This document shows positions 53,701 to 64,000 of a stretch of DNA of 64,000 nt, in pieces. Below the pieces are notes generated by a model. It made no database searches. It saw nothing but the letters and a program-made list of their open reading frames with translations, and had not been told where the DNA came from. Both the position numbers and the translations under genes were made by a program. How positions within the stretch are numbered: the stretch's first letter is position 1; every line of letters starts with the position of its first letter. This DNA comes from Mobula hypostoma (Eukaryota). The stretch lies in contig NC_086097.1 of assembly GCF_963921235.1 (NCBI RefSeq), positions 20,462,001 through 20,526,000 on the forward strand, read 5' to 3'.

Positions 53701-56700
53701 TATTGATACCTAGAATGCACTTCCAAAGGTGGTGGTGGAAATAAAATCAGTACATTTAAAGACTATGTATTAAGATATTCAACTAGGCAATGCACAGAAT
53801 ACAGTACTATTGAATCAAATGCAATTAGTGTAAATGGACAAAAGACATGGGCATCATAGGTCAAAGCACAATGCTTCACAAGATATTACAGTGCATCATT
53901 TATCACATAACCTATGGTGTTGCTATTGACAATTAACAAGATCAACACCAAAGCAGCAGCAATGTTCAGGACCTAAAGTTTCAGCAACTAATGTTTTATA
54001 ACAAATCAAAGCCCAGATACATTACCTTTCCAAACCCAGGCACAACAAAACTTCATGCAATTCTGTTACTGACATTTTTCCCAACAACACTAATCTCTTT
54101 TTAAGGCACAAGCAGGGAACACTGCCAGACCCCTTAGTGCCATGTATTGCTGATTTCTAACAATCAGGTAGCCATCTCCAAAATATTACCAAAAAGCAAC
54201 AGTCACTTTCACAAAGAGAATAGTCATTAGAAAGATGCAACTTTCAATTCCCTCTTCACGAATTCTTGAATACTCAAAAGCTAATGGGAGCAAGGGAAAC
54301 TATTCTACATTTTCTTCTTAAAAAAACACTTCCAATAATACATTTTCATCTTCTGCCATCCACCTGGGGGAGAATTTCAACTACCAGGGACAGCACATAT
54401 TCAGTCCCAGATTTACTCCCCTCTCCCACTCCATCTACTGGCCTAAATTTAAAGCAAATGAGCTTTAATACTTCCATAAACTAATAAATACTACAAAGAA
54501 TGGGGAGACCTGGTAATAGAGTTCCCAAACATGCAACAAATCTGAAACTAGACCCTCACAAACCACTGAGGAATGGAGGGATGAGAGAATGGGAAGTACG
54601 GTTAGGTTAATGAACTTGCCTCTAACTTCAGCCATCCTATTGTTTTATTTACATATTGCTTATTTGTGGCAGGGAGCCCAGAAGTTTTATAAATATAGAA
54701 ATAACTATTATTAAACAGCAATCTTTTCAGACCAGTATTCCCACCCCGAACCAAAGTCATCCTTTTTGGCTTTAGCAGGACTTTAAAACAAGGAGAACAA
54801 GAGAAACACAGTGTAAAAGACAAATATAAAAACTATGAATGAGGTGGATATGAGATAGAGAACATGAAAGGGAAAGATAAAGAGGGAAAACAAAGTAAGG
54901 GGAAAGGGTTTGATAGAGAAGCAGATGATACACAGCATAAAGTAATTTGCTTCAAGCAATACATGCCAGTTATCATCTCCATGCTAGTGCCTTCCCACCT
55001 TTCCTTACCGTGGCACATCAGCACAGCTGTCAATTTTTTTTACTCCCTCAATATTGCTCAGTTCCTGACAACTCATTCCACATGTTCACCGGAGTCAGTC
55101 ACAGAAAAGTACAGCAAAGAAACAGGCCCTTCGACCCATCTGGTACATGCCAAATTATTTAAACAGCCTACTCCCATTGACCTGCACTGATACCATAGCC
55201 CTTCATACCCCTACCACCCCCATACAACATCCAAACTACCCTCAAATGGTGAAATTGAGCTCGCATGCACCAGTTACACATGCAGCTCATTCGACACTCT
55301 CATGACCCTCTGAGTGAAGAAATTTCCCCTCGTGTTCCCTTTAAACCTTTCATCCTGAACACATGACCTCTAGTTATAGTTGCACCCTACCTCAGAGGAA
55401 AAAGCCCGCTTGCATCTATATCCTCCATTTTTCTTCTTTTTAAAAATCTCTATCAAATCTACACTCAATCTTAGTCCTAACCTATTCAGTCTTTCCTTCT
55501 AACTCAGGTCCTCCAATCCCAGCAACATCTTTGTAAATTTTCTCCACACTTTCAACCTTATTGACATTTTTGCTGAAGGTAGGTGACCCAAACTGCACAC
55601 AATACTCCAAATTAGGCTTGCCAACGTTTTACACAGCTTCAATGTAACATTCCATCTCCTGAACTCAATACTTTGATTATTGAAGGCCAACTTGCCAAAA
55701 ACTATCTAAGCTTTACCACCTTAGATAAAGTTTATTCTAAATTCCTTCATGGAATTGTGTTAGCTATTTACCTTTGATGCACAAGTGGGGACATTTTCTT
55801 TTTACTGACACCACCAAAACCTTTCAGAACTTTAAAGCCCTCATTAGATCACCCCTCAGTGTTTTCAAGGGAAAAATAGAGCCAGCCTGTTTATCCTTAC
55901 TTGATAATATACACTCGCACAACTTTGATATCAAAGCAAGGTTTCCTTTCAAGCCGATATTTCTTAAAATGTGACCCAGAGAACAGCAGAAAAGATCAGA
56001 AAAAAAGTACTGATGCTGGAGATGTCAAATAAAGACAGAAAGTGCTGGAAATACTCTGTACTCAAGTGACTGGAAATGTCATTCACTTTCTCCTCCTTCA
56101 GATGCTACCCGACCTTCTGGGTACTTCCACTTTTTAAATTGCAATGTATGGAAAGTTCAACACAGATTTAGCCCTTCCCTAATTTTCAACACCAGAAATA
56201 AACCCCAATACTTTGAATTGCTAAATGGTGGCAGAGTTTTTGCATTCCAGGGACCTTTTCTTCTCCCACCCTACTTAGTGACCTTTTAGTCTTCCTTCCG
56301 ATACACGCAACCTCACATTTACCAATAATTAATCTTCATTTGCCTATTCCCCACGGTTGCTAAGTGTCCCACTGAAATATATCACAATTCCCCGTCTTCC
56401 CCCATCTCTGCCACCCATCTGATACCAACAAATTCTGGAAATGTGTACATTATGCGATCTGTTCACAGCAACGTGGAAACACGACGGGACCGGACCAGCC
56501 CACCCCCTCCTCTTTATCTCCACATACGTAAATTAAAAAGACAATAGAAACGAAGTATAAAGGTTGAATGCGGGGAAGGTAGGCAGATGAAGTTAGGGAG
56601 AACTGGACACAGTGCCTCACCAATGCCAGTTATTGACGTTAGTGGCGTCGGCCCGCTCCTCCACGATCCAGCGCGGGTCGCCCTGTCCCCACTTGGCCAT
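14613..56700 (-). CDS. AHSA1: AHSA1-like activator of HSP90 ATPase (Aha1), whole spliced CDS span, 9 exons, 338 aa
   Basis: Nine exons (80+191+83+118+89+129+102+52+173 = 1017 nt) join in frame through GT-AG introns, from [11 protein letters not shown] to [13 protein letters not shown]. The protein is closer to recalled AHSA1 than to AHSA2. Confidence 0.93.
15095..15285 (-). mobile_element. Old Penelope pLTR fragment with decayed hammerhead motif
   Basis: Homologous to the pLTR at 2677-2900; core mutated to TTGATGA...CAAAATGTT. Confidence 0.65.
15485..15536 (-). CDS. AHSA1: AHSA1-like exon 8 ([17 protein letters not shown])
   Basis: Acceptor ttgctAG, donor GTAGGT; 52 nt. Confidence 0.93.
16400..18008 (+). 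mobile_element. Rex1/Babar-type LINE 3' fragment (degenerate RT)
   Basis: [25 protein letters not shown]..., [25 protein letters not shown]; 3' end aataaagt followed by (caatt)2. Confidence 0.85.
18889..18990 (-). CDS. AHSA1: AHSA1-like exon 7 ([34 protein letters not shown])
   Basis: Acceptor ttttcAG, donor GTGAAT; 102 nt. Confidence 0.94.
21813..21941 (-). CDS. AHSA1: AHSA1-like exon 6 ([43 protein letters not shown])
   Basis: Acceptor tttttcAG, donor GTAAGT; 129 nt. Confidence 0.94.
22452..22772. mobile_element. Degenerate Tigger-like MITE
   Basis: cagtaaagcttcaattatccagca at the left is an imperfect inverted match to tgctggatgatcagttttactctg at the right. Confidence 0.45.
23306..23972 (+). 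mobile_element. Tc1-family internally deleted transposon
   Basis: TIRs (c)agtgtctataaaaagtattcaccc / gtgaatacttcttataggcactg+TA; transposase remnant [18 protein letters not shown]. Confidence 0.88.
24842..24930 (-). CDS. AHSA1: AHSA1-like exon 5 ([30 protein letters not shown])
   Basis: Acceptor atttcAG, donor [16 protein letters not shown] motif; 89 nt. Confidence 0.94.
25809..27947 (-). mobile_element. pogo-family (POGK/Passer-like) DNA transposon, near full length, transposase disrupted
   Basis: TIRs ccgtaaattctg(a/g)tgta at both ends, TA at 27948-27949. Frameshifted transposase about 26263-27529 with HTH (DAGFKLK...[11 protein letters not shown]) and DDE_1 motifs ([35 protein letters not shown]). 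Confidence 0.92.
25944..26075 (+). mobile_element. 132-bp Penelope pLTR 3'-end insertion inside the pogo element, with an intact hammerhead motif at 25945-25980
   Basis: gtcCTGACGAagggtctcggcctGAAACGTCgactg; 9-bp TSD ttgtattta at 25935-25943 and 26076-26084. Confidence 0.88.
27985..29110 (-). mobile_element. CR1 LINE 3' fragments
   Basis: CR1 3' UTR and RT C-terminal remnants, homologous to 36082-36577 and 55095-55700. Confidence 0.65.
30322..30439 (-). CDS. AHSA1: AHSA1-like exon 4 ([39 protein letters not shown])
   Basis: Acceptor cttcttccAG, donor GTGAGT; 118 nt. Confidence 0.94.
30707..31220 (+). mobile_element. Tc1-like non-autonomous transposon (second family)
   Basis: TIRs agtggccactttattaggtac / gtacctaataaagtggcccct...gtg+TA; N-terminal transposase remnant [21 protein letters not shown]. 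Confidence 0.82.
36082..36577 (-). mobile_element. CR1 3' fragment inserted into the endonuclease region of the older L1
   Basis: ORF 36271..36579 [16 protein letters not shown]...[14 protein letters not shown]. Removing it restores L1 [22 protein letters not shown]; aata is duplicated at the junctions. Confidence 0.9.
38675..39662 (+). pseudogene. L1 ORF1p (coiled coil + RRM + CTD) of the young L1, with an apparent frameshift near 38790
   Basis: ORF 38784..39662 has [22 protein letters not shown] and LYPARL. The upstream ATG at 38675 (MMSKNKNKK...) is out of frame by one base at the gggggaaa run. Confidence 0.85.
40023..43811 (+). pseudogene. L1 ORF2p (APE endonuclease + RT + Cys domain), 1262 codons in one frame with two premature stops
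   Basis: ORFs 40023..41735 and 41802..43811 share a frame; stops TAA 41733-41735 and TAG 41790-41792. Motifs [46 protein letters not shown]...HIFWDC. Confidence 0.93.
47305..49790 (-). mobile_element. CR1 LINE internal fragment split by a Tigger-like element
   Basis: Homologous to CR1 sequence at 61520-62200 and 63040-63460 ([16 protein letters not shown] on -). Confidence 0.75.
48009..49455 (+). mobile_element. Tigger-like internally deleted DNA transposon
   Basis: TA-caggtgtcccctg ... cggggaaaacctg-TA ends. N-terminal ([24 protein letters not shown]) and C-terminal ([18 protein letters not shown]) transposase remnants, with the DDE core missing. Confidence 0.85.
49959..50041 (-). CDS. AHSA1: AHSA1-like exon 3 ([28 protein letters not shown])
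   Basis: Acceptor gttgtAG, donor GTAAGT; 83 nt; phases match neighbouring exons. Confidence 0.95.
50526..51425 (+). mobile_element. Tc1-family internally deleted transposon, same family as 23306-23972
   Basis: Long imperfect TIRs; transposase remnants [31 protein letters not shown]. Confidence 0.88.
52081..52122 (-). ncRNA. Minimal PLE-type hammerhead ribozyme motif, sense to the AHSA pre-mRNA
   Basis: Reverse complement reads agtc-CTGACGA-agggtctcggccc-GAAAC-GTC-gactg. Confidence 0.7.
52208..52249 (+). ncRNA. Minimal PLE-type hammerhead ribozyme motif
   Basis: agtc-CTGACGA-agggtctcggccc-GAAAC-GTC-gactg; predicted cleavage after 52244. Confidence 0.7.
52618..52808 (-). CDS. AHSA1: AHSA1-like exon 2 ([20 protein letters not shown]...[24 protein letters not shown])
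   Basis: Acceptor ttctgcAG, donor GTGAGT; Aha1_N RKGK motif; 191 nt. Confidence 0.96.
55095..55700 (-). mobile_element. CR1 LINE 3' fragment
   Basis: ORF 55499..55690 remnants ([14 protein letters not shown]) and a CR1 3' UTR. Confidence 0.75.
56621..56700 (-). CDS. AHSA1: AHSA1-like exon 1 ([27 protein letters not shown])
   Basis: ATG at 56700-56698; NxNNWHW motif; donor GTGAGG from 56620 downward. Confidence 0.96.
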
Positions 56701-56934
56701 CGTGACAGCAGCCGAGGACCGAGGGGCCGGTGATAATGCAAACCGAACAAAATAAAATTAAAAAGAACTATTTGTGTATGAATATATTATAAACCTAATT
56801 GGCCTTCTACTGGCCGAGACTGCCAAGGGAAGAGCCAGAATGCAGGTGAACACCAGCTCCGTGCCCAGGCCGGCTACTCTCCAACAAAAAACGTCCCACG
56901 GCCGCTCTCCTCGAGCCTTTATCCGGTCGCCGTC

Positions 56935-56949
56935 AGAATATGCTAGAAA
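56935..56949. promoter_or_regulatory. Proximal heat shock element with one mismatch (aGAAtaTGCtaGAAa), next to the CRE
   Basis: Correct 5-bp periodicity, about 240 nt upstream of the ATG. Confidence 0.55.
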
Positions 56950-57606
56950 CCCGTGACGTCAGCGCCGCGGCAGCCGGCCCCGATCCTTTATCCGCAACAC
57001 ACGCGCGCTGGAGAGGCATCTCCGCCCGTCCAACACGCCTGACGTAGGGGCACTTCCGCCCCTGTTCCCACTCGGGCAGCCGATACTGGAGATGTACTAC
57101 AACTTCCGCCCCGCTTCTCGGTCCCAACTTGTGACGACATCAGGGCTCTTCGCCTCCGCACCCAACTGACGTAGTGTCACTTCCGCCCCACCTCCTTTTA
57201 TTCCCACCACTTCACAAATTCTGATGCAGGTTTTGTTCTGAAACGTTGAAGGTTTCTAAACCCACCCCCAACACACACACAAAAAAAGTGTCGATTCGAC
57301 ACGCCGAGTTCCTCCAGCAGAACGCTTGCCGCTCGCCAGCACTTCACACCGCAACCGCCGGTAGTTGTGACGCAACAGAGCCTTCGCCCTTCGCAATCCC
57401 TGATTGGAGGACACAAGCCCCGCCCCTTCCACTGCCGCCTTTCTGGTGCCGAAATCAAATTGTTCACTACAAATTTTATCTGTTTTTGTTCCTTAGCTCG
57501 ATAGCTACTGGATTTAAGTCTTCATTTTAACTTAGTTGGTATCGGCTAGTCTGTGATAGACGGGACAGGTAAACTTTCCTTCCGTTCCTAAAGGCTTCGT
57601 CCTTTT

Positions 57607-57621
57607 AGAAAGTTCCAGAAA
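57607..57621. promoter_or_regulatory. Heat shock element, perfect three-unit (aGAAagTTCcaGAAa)
   Basis: Matches the HSF1 consensus nGAAnnTTCnnGAAn upstream of an HSP90 co-chaperone gene. Confidence 0.65.
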
Positions 57622-58166
57622 GACGGCGCCGGTTGCTTAGAAATTTCCGAACGCTAAATTTCCGAGTGTAATTACGACAGAGTTTCCCCGGCGATAAGAC
57701 CTGCAACGAGGGTTCCCCTTCATAGTTTCCTCTGGAATTGCAATGAAATCTGAGAAAAATATTTTCGAAATGATGTTTTAACAGAACAAGCAACACACAT
57801 CAAAGTTGCTGGTGAACGCAACAACTTTTTTGAAAAGTTAAGAATCAAGCAACTCCTAAATTATAGATGACGAAAGGGGTAGAGAAAATTAAAGAGGATG
57901 TTTGTGCTCAAGTGGAGGCCAAGGGACACAATGCTTGTGGGTGCCTGACACTAAGTACACGCTTGTCCATGTATAAGTGCACATATCCTTTAAAGTAAAA
58001 TTTATTTCTTCAGGAACCTGAAAATGAAGGTGGAAAAGAAAATACATGAACTAATATAGAGTGGAAAGTGGAGTAGCAGCACATGATAATGATGTGTTGT
58101 CAGAATCATTGTGATGCAAACACTCAATGACTTGGCTCACTTAAGGCTGAGAACTGGGACAAATAG

Positions 58167-59040
58167 TTCAATACTTCCATTTAATATCAGAGAAATGTAT
58201 GCAATATACATCCTGAAATTCTTCTTCAGCAGACATCCATGAAAACAGAAGAGTGCCCCAAAGAATGAGTGACAGTTAAAATGTTAAAACCCAAAAGCCC
58301 CCCCACTCCCTCTCCCACGTACAAGCAGCAGCAAAGCAATGAACCTCCCTCCACCCACTTCCTCAAAAAAGCATCAGCACCCTCCACCCTCCAAGCATGC
58401 AATAGCAAAGCCCCAAATAAAGACCACAATCTGTAGTACAACAAAAACTAATTATTCAACCAACAATTCGACATGCCACAGGCTTTCTCCCTCCCTGATA
58501 AAGGGAAAAAGAGATGTCCCCGTTTCACAGCGAGAGGGAACACATAACAAAACAACTGGCTGATTTATGATGTTAAAAGTCCGTTGCACTGCCTTTTCTC
58601 CCCCGCCCCCCCCGAGTTCTGTGACCCGAAAATCGGCAACAATCTCTCATCCACCAATGAGAGAGACAGAGAGAACACAACTCGCTGACTACAATGCCTC
58701 CAACAGCTGATCTGCTGTCGCCGATCTCCATTCTCTCCCGTGACACTTCAGTCAGTGGTACCGGCTTAGAGTCGGCCTGTCCACAGGGCTGCGAGACCTC
58801 AGATCCCCGAAGGCACACTCGTCTTCTAGGCCACATCTTTGAGATATTGAAAACTGGCTGGTCGGGAATGGGTCCCATCACCGCAAAGAACCGAAGTCTG
58901 AGCGTAACTCCAGGTCAGGGTCTTCAACAGAACCCCATCCACCCTGAAAAGTAAAAGGAGAGACGTCAAAGGTAGAAATTAAGTTATTTTCATAGATTAA
59001 CATGGAGTCACAATTTAGCGCCATCATGACTCTACCTCTG
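58167..59040 (-). mobile_element. Non-autonomous retroposon-like repeat, copy 1
   Basis: Colinear homology with 62206-63017; 5' end gatggcgc on -; no credible ORF. Confidence 0.7.
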
Positions 59041-59709
59041 TCTACGTAGAGGCAGATAGTGCATATTGAAAAGAGAACTTCAGGAAAAATTTATAAACCT
59101 TAACTGTTCTTGATATGAATGCCTTTTACTCAGCCTTGCTGTCACCCGAGTCACAGATTCATAAGACATCAGAGCAGAATTAGGCCACTCAGCCCATCAA
59201 GTCTGCTCCATCATTCCAACATGGCTGATTTGTTAGCCCTCTTGCCTGAGCCCATGACCTTTGACGCCATGACTAACCAAAAACCTATCAACCGCTGCTT
59301 TCAATATACTCGGTGGCTTGGCCTCCACAGCCGTCCCTGGCAATGACTTCTGCATGTGCACAAGAAATTAATTCCTTCTCATTTCTGTTCTAAATGGATA
59401 TCCCTCTATTCTGAGACTGTGCCCTCTGGTCCTAGACTCACCCACTACAGGAAATAACCACTCCACATCCACTCTTGTCTAGGCTTTAAATGTTAGATAG
59501 GTTTCAATGAGATGTCCTCTCATTCTTCTGAACTCCAGCGGGTACAAGCCCTGAGCCATCAAATGCTCCTCATACGTTGACCCTGTCATTCCCAGGATCA
59601 GTCTCGTGAACCTACTCTGGATCCTCTCCAATGCCAGCACATCTTTATTAGATAAGTGGCCCAAAACTGCTCACAATAGTCCAAGTGTGGTCTGATAATG
59701 CCTTATAAA

Positions 59710-60875
59710 GGGGATGCAGTGGATGTTGTATATTTGGACTTTCAGAAGGCCTTTGACAAGGTGCTACACATGAGGCTGCTTACCAAGTAAAGAGCCCATG
59801 GTATGACAGGGAAGGGTTAGAGCATTGGCTGATTGGTAGGAGGCAGTGAGTGGGAATAAAAGGATCCTTTTCTGGTTGGCTGCCAGTGACTACTGGCGTT
59901 CCGCAGGGGTTGGTGTTGTAACCACTTCTTTTTATGCTGTATATCAATGACTTAGATGATGGAATAGATGGCTTTGTTGCCAAGGTTGCAGATGATACGA
60001 AGATTGGTGGAGGCGCAGGTAGTGTTGAGGAAACAGGTAGGATGCAGGCGGACTTAGACAGATTAGGAGAATGGGCAAGAAAGTGACAAATGAAATACAG
60101 TGTTGGAAAGTGAATGGTCATGCAGTTTGGTAGTAGAAATAAATTGCGGACTATTTTCTAAACGGGAAGAAAATCCAGGAATCTGAGATGCAGAGGGACT
60201 TGGGAGTCCTTGTGCAGAACACCCTGAAGGTTAACTTGCAGGTTGAGTCAGTGGTGAGGAAGGCAAATGTCATGTTAGCATTCATTTCAAGAGGTCTAAA
60301 ATACAAGAGCAAGGATGTGATGCCGAGGTTTTATAACACACTGGTGAGGCCCCACCTTGAGTATTGTGAACAGTTTTGGGCCCCTCATCTTAGAGAAGAT
60401 GTGCTGGTATTGGAGAGGGTCCTGAGGAGATTCCCAAGGATGATTCCAGGAATGAAAGGCTTTACTTTACGAGAAACGTTTGATGGCTCTGGGTCTGTAC
60501 TCACTGGAATTCATAAGTATGAGGGGGGATCTCAATGAAACCTTTCAAATGTTGAAAGGCCTAGACAGAGTAGATGTGGAAAGGATGTTTCCCATGGTGG
60601 GAGGGTCTAGGACAAGAGGGCACAGCCTCAGGACAGAGATGTGGAGGATTTCTTTAGCCAAAGGGTGGTGAATTTGTTGCCACTGCCGCAGTGGAGACCA
60701 GGTCGTTTGGTGTATTTAAGGCGGAGATTGATAGGTTCTTGATTGGACATGACATCAAAAGTTACAGGGAGAAGGCCAGGAACTGAGGTTGAGGGGGGAA
60801 AAAAAGGACCAGCCATGAATGGCAAAGCAGACTCGATGGGCCAGATGGCCTAATTCTGCTCCTATTTCATTTGTT
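59710..60875 (+). mobile_element. CR1 3' fragment inserted antisense into another CR1
   Basis: [39 protein letters not shown]; duplication cttataaa at 59702-59709 and 60876-60883. Confidence 0.88.
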
Positions 60876-62205
60876 CTTATAAAACCTCAACATCTTGGCC
60901 TTATATTCACGTCCTCTCAAAATGAATGCTAACACTGCATTTGCCTTCCTTACTACCAACTCACCTGCAAGTTAACCTTTTGTGTATGGGGACTCGCAAG
61001 TTCCCTTTGCACCTCTGATTTTTGAGTTTTCTCCCTTTTTAGAAAATAGTCTACACCTTTATTCCTTCTACCAAAGTACATGACCGTCCTCTCCCCAACA
61101 CTACATTCCATCTGCCCCTATTTTGCCCATTTTCCCAATCGGACCAAGTCCTTCTGCAGACTCCCTGCTTCCTCAACACTACCCACCCCTGCAGAACACC
61201 ACTTGTCACTGGCAGCCAACAGGAATAGGCCCGCTTTATTCCGATTCTTTGTCTCCTGCCAATCAGCCAATTTTCTATCCATGCTAGATTCTTTCCTACA
61301 ATACCAGGGCTCTTATCTTGTGAAGCAACCTCATGTGCGGCACCTTGTCAAAGGTCTTCTGAAAATCCAAGTAAACAACATCCCTGGCTCTTCTTTGTCT
61401 ATTCTGCCTGTTATTTCCTCAAAGAATTCCAACAGATTTGTCAGGCTGGACTTCACCTTGAAGAAACCATGCTGACTTTGGCCTATTTTACCAACTACCC
61501 CAAAACCTCATCCTTAATAATGGACACCAACATCTTCCCAACCACTGAAGTCAGGCTAACTGACCTATAATTTCCTTTCTTCTGCCTTCCTCCCTCCTTA
61601 AAGAATGGAGTGACATTTGCAATTTTCCAGTCCTCTGGAACCATTCCAGAATCTAATGATTCTTAAAAGATCATTACTAATGCCTCCACAATCTCTTCAG
61701 CTACCTCTTCAGAATGCTGGGGTGTAGTCCATCTGGTCCAGATGACTTATCTACCTTTGGACTTTTCAGCTTCCCAAGCACCTTCTTCTTAGTAATAGCA
61801 ACTTCACTAAACATCTGCCCCCAACACACTCAAATTTCTGACATACTACTAGTGTGTTCCACAGTACAATACAAAATACTTATTAAGTCCATCTGTCATG
61901 TCCTCATCCCCATTGCTACCTCTCCAGTATCATTTTCCAGTGATATCCACTCTTGCCTCACTTTTACTCTTTATATCTGAAAAAACTTGGTATCCTGTCT
62001 GATATCTTTGACTAGCTTATCTTCATATTTCTCTCCTTGTTTTTTTTGTTCAGTTGTCTTCTATTTGTTTTTAAAAGCTTCCCAATTCTCTAACTTCCCA
62101 CTATTTTTTGCTTTATTGTATGCCCTCTTTGTTGCTTTTATGCTGTCTTTGACTTACCTTGCCAGCCACAATTGTCTCATTCTCCCTTTAGAATATTTCA
62201 TCTTT

Positions 62206-63017
62206 CAATAGGTTTCAATAGATACATTTTATGTCAGAGAAATGTATACAATATACATCCCGAAATTCTTTTTCTTCACAAACATCCACAAAAACAGAGG
62301 AGTGCCCCAAAGAATGAATGACAGTTAAATGTTAGAACCCCAAAGCTCCCCCCAGCTGCTCTCCCTCCCACGCACAAGCAGCAGCAAGGCAACGACCCCC
62401 CTTCCCCAACAGCAAAAAAGATCTACACCTCCGACCGAGCACTCAAGTGTGTAGCAAAGCATCAATAAAGACACAGACACAGTACCCCAAAGACTACTCG
62501 TTTAGCCAGTATTCCATACCAGAGGGTCTCTCTCTCCCTAATAAGGGGAAAAGAGATGTCCCCATTTCACAGCGAGAGAGGAGAGATAACAAAACAACTC
62601 GCTGGTTTACGGTGTTAAAAGTCTGTACGTCGCTTTTTCCAATCTCAGATCTCTGGGCACACAGCCAGCAGCCAGCTCTCTGCTTCCGATCTTCCATGCA
62701 CACCCATGACATAACAAGCGGCGGCACCGACCTCGAATCCACCCGCCTCCAGATCCATGAAAATCCGGCATCCTGAAGGCACACTAGTCTCCCAGGTTAA
62801 TCCTTGGCATATTGAAATGCGGCCGGTTGTGATGCCCTGACAGCAGGTTCCATTTTCGTAAAGAACTGAAGTCAGCATGTAACTCCAGGTCAGGGTCTTT
62901 AAAAGAACCCTGAAAAGGGAAAAAAAAGAGATATTAAAGATAAAAATAGAGCTGTTTTCGAAGATGCAAGCAAAGGAGATGCCATTAGGCGCCATCATCC
63001 TAAGCTCTGCCCTCCTG
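62206..63017 (-). mobile_element. Non-autonomous retroposon-like repeat, copy 2
   Basis: Homologous to 58167-59040; 3' tandem tail (ctattgaaa)2 on -; short tcttt duplication at the flanks; inserted into CR1. Confidence 0.72.
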
Positions 63018-64000
63018 TCTTTGTGATTTATGTATCCTCCAACTTCTGAATTACCCCCAGAAACTCTAGCCATTACTGTTCTGCCATCATCCCTGCTAGT
63101 GTCCCCTACCATTCAACTTTGGCCACTCTCTCTCATGCCTCTGTAATACTCTTTACTCCATTGTAACACTGATACATCTGAGTTTATCTTCTCCCTCGCA
63201 AACTGCAGGGTGAATTCTATGATATTATGATAACTGTCTCCCAAGTGTTCGTTAATCTTAAGCTCCCTAATCAAACCCAATAGCCATTTTCAAATTGCCT
63301 TTCCCCTATTGGGCTGAACCACAAGATGCTCGAAAAAGCCATCTCAAAGACATTTTACAAATTCCCCCTCTTGGGATCCAGAACCAACCTAATTTTCACA
63401 ATCTTCCTCCACAGTGAACGCCCCCCTCCCCCATGAGTATCGTAACATTACCCTTATTACATGTCTTTTCTATTAACTGTTGTGACTCGTACCCCACATC
63501 CTGGCTACTGTTTGGGTGCCTGTATCTAACTCCCATCCTCGAAGTTTCTTAACTGTACCCACAAGGTTTCTATATCAACCGATTCTAAGTCAGTTCTTTC
63601 TAAGGCATTGATTTCACTTTTTACCAACAGAGCCAACCCAACCCCTCTGCCTCCCATCCTGACTGTCCTTTCAATACAAAGTGTATCTTGGATGTTAAGC
63701 TCCCAACCATGTCTCAGCCATGTGTCAGTGATGCCCAAAACATCATACTTGCCAATCTTTTAACTGCGCAACAAGGTTATCTACCTTATTTCATATACTG
63801 CGTGCATTCAAAATTAACACCTTCAGTTCTGTATTCATCACTCATTTTCAATTTTGCCCCACATGTTACACTTCAACTCTTCCCTCTGCTATTTTGTCGT
63901 ATCATCCTGCCAGTGCATTCTCAGTGTCTCACTGTATTGACTTGTATACCAACTCCCCATCCTCAGCTCTATCACTCCGGTTCCCATTGCCCCTGCCAAC

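Larger units (their letters stand above)
56640..57700 (-). promoter_or_regulatory. CpG-island promoter of the AHSA1-like gene
   Basis: Only large CpG-dense non-TE region in the window. Full CRE TGACGTCA at 56954-56961, three ACTTCCGCCCC (ETS+SP1) sites, inverted CCAAT near 57402, GC boxes. Confidence 0.85.
59150..63830 (-). mobile_element. Long decayed CR1 LINE (EN to 3' end) interrupted by two insertions
   Basis: EN remnant GITDTWL...GVGLALLVK (ORF 63526..63738), RT remnants, C-terminal LERIQSRFTRLILGM (ORF 59479..59664). Confidence 0.8.

Noticed and set aside
1..64000. Prokaryotic-type systems (CRISPR arrays, operons, defence islands, retrons)
   Set aside because: The sequence is intron-rich vertebrate DNA. 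No spaced direct-repeat array exists, and all RT and nuclease ORFs belong to L1, CR1, Rex1, Gypsy or Penelope elements.

Overview
Vertebrate genomic DNA, not prokaryotic; the repeat families suggest a cartilaginous fish such as a ray (inference). Two convergent housekeeping genes are present. The last coding exon and 3' UTR of an exportin-1 (XPO1/CRM1)-type gene lie on + (CDS end 4480-4626). A complete 9-exon AHSA1-like (Aha1, HSP90 ATPase activator) gene lies on - (ATG at 56700, stop at 14613-14615, 1017 nt, 338 aa, all GT-AG introns), with a CpG-island promoter carrying HSE, CRE and ETS motifs. The rest is mostly transposable elements. AHSA intron 3 holds a nested stack, Gypsy > old L1 > (CR1 fragment + near-intact young L1), with readable target-site duplications (TSDs). 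There are also pogo, Tigger and Tc1 DNA transposons, Rex1 and many CR1 LINE pieces. Several Penelope-like element (PLE) ends carry minimal hammerhead ribozyme motifs, and two of these form long fold-back palindromes inside host introns. Most ORF-track entries are spurious or transposon fragments. All TE boundaries and family calls were made by eye.
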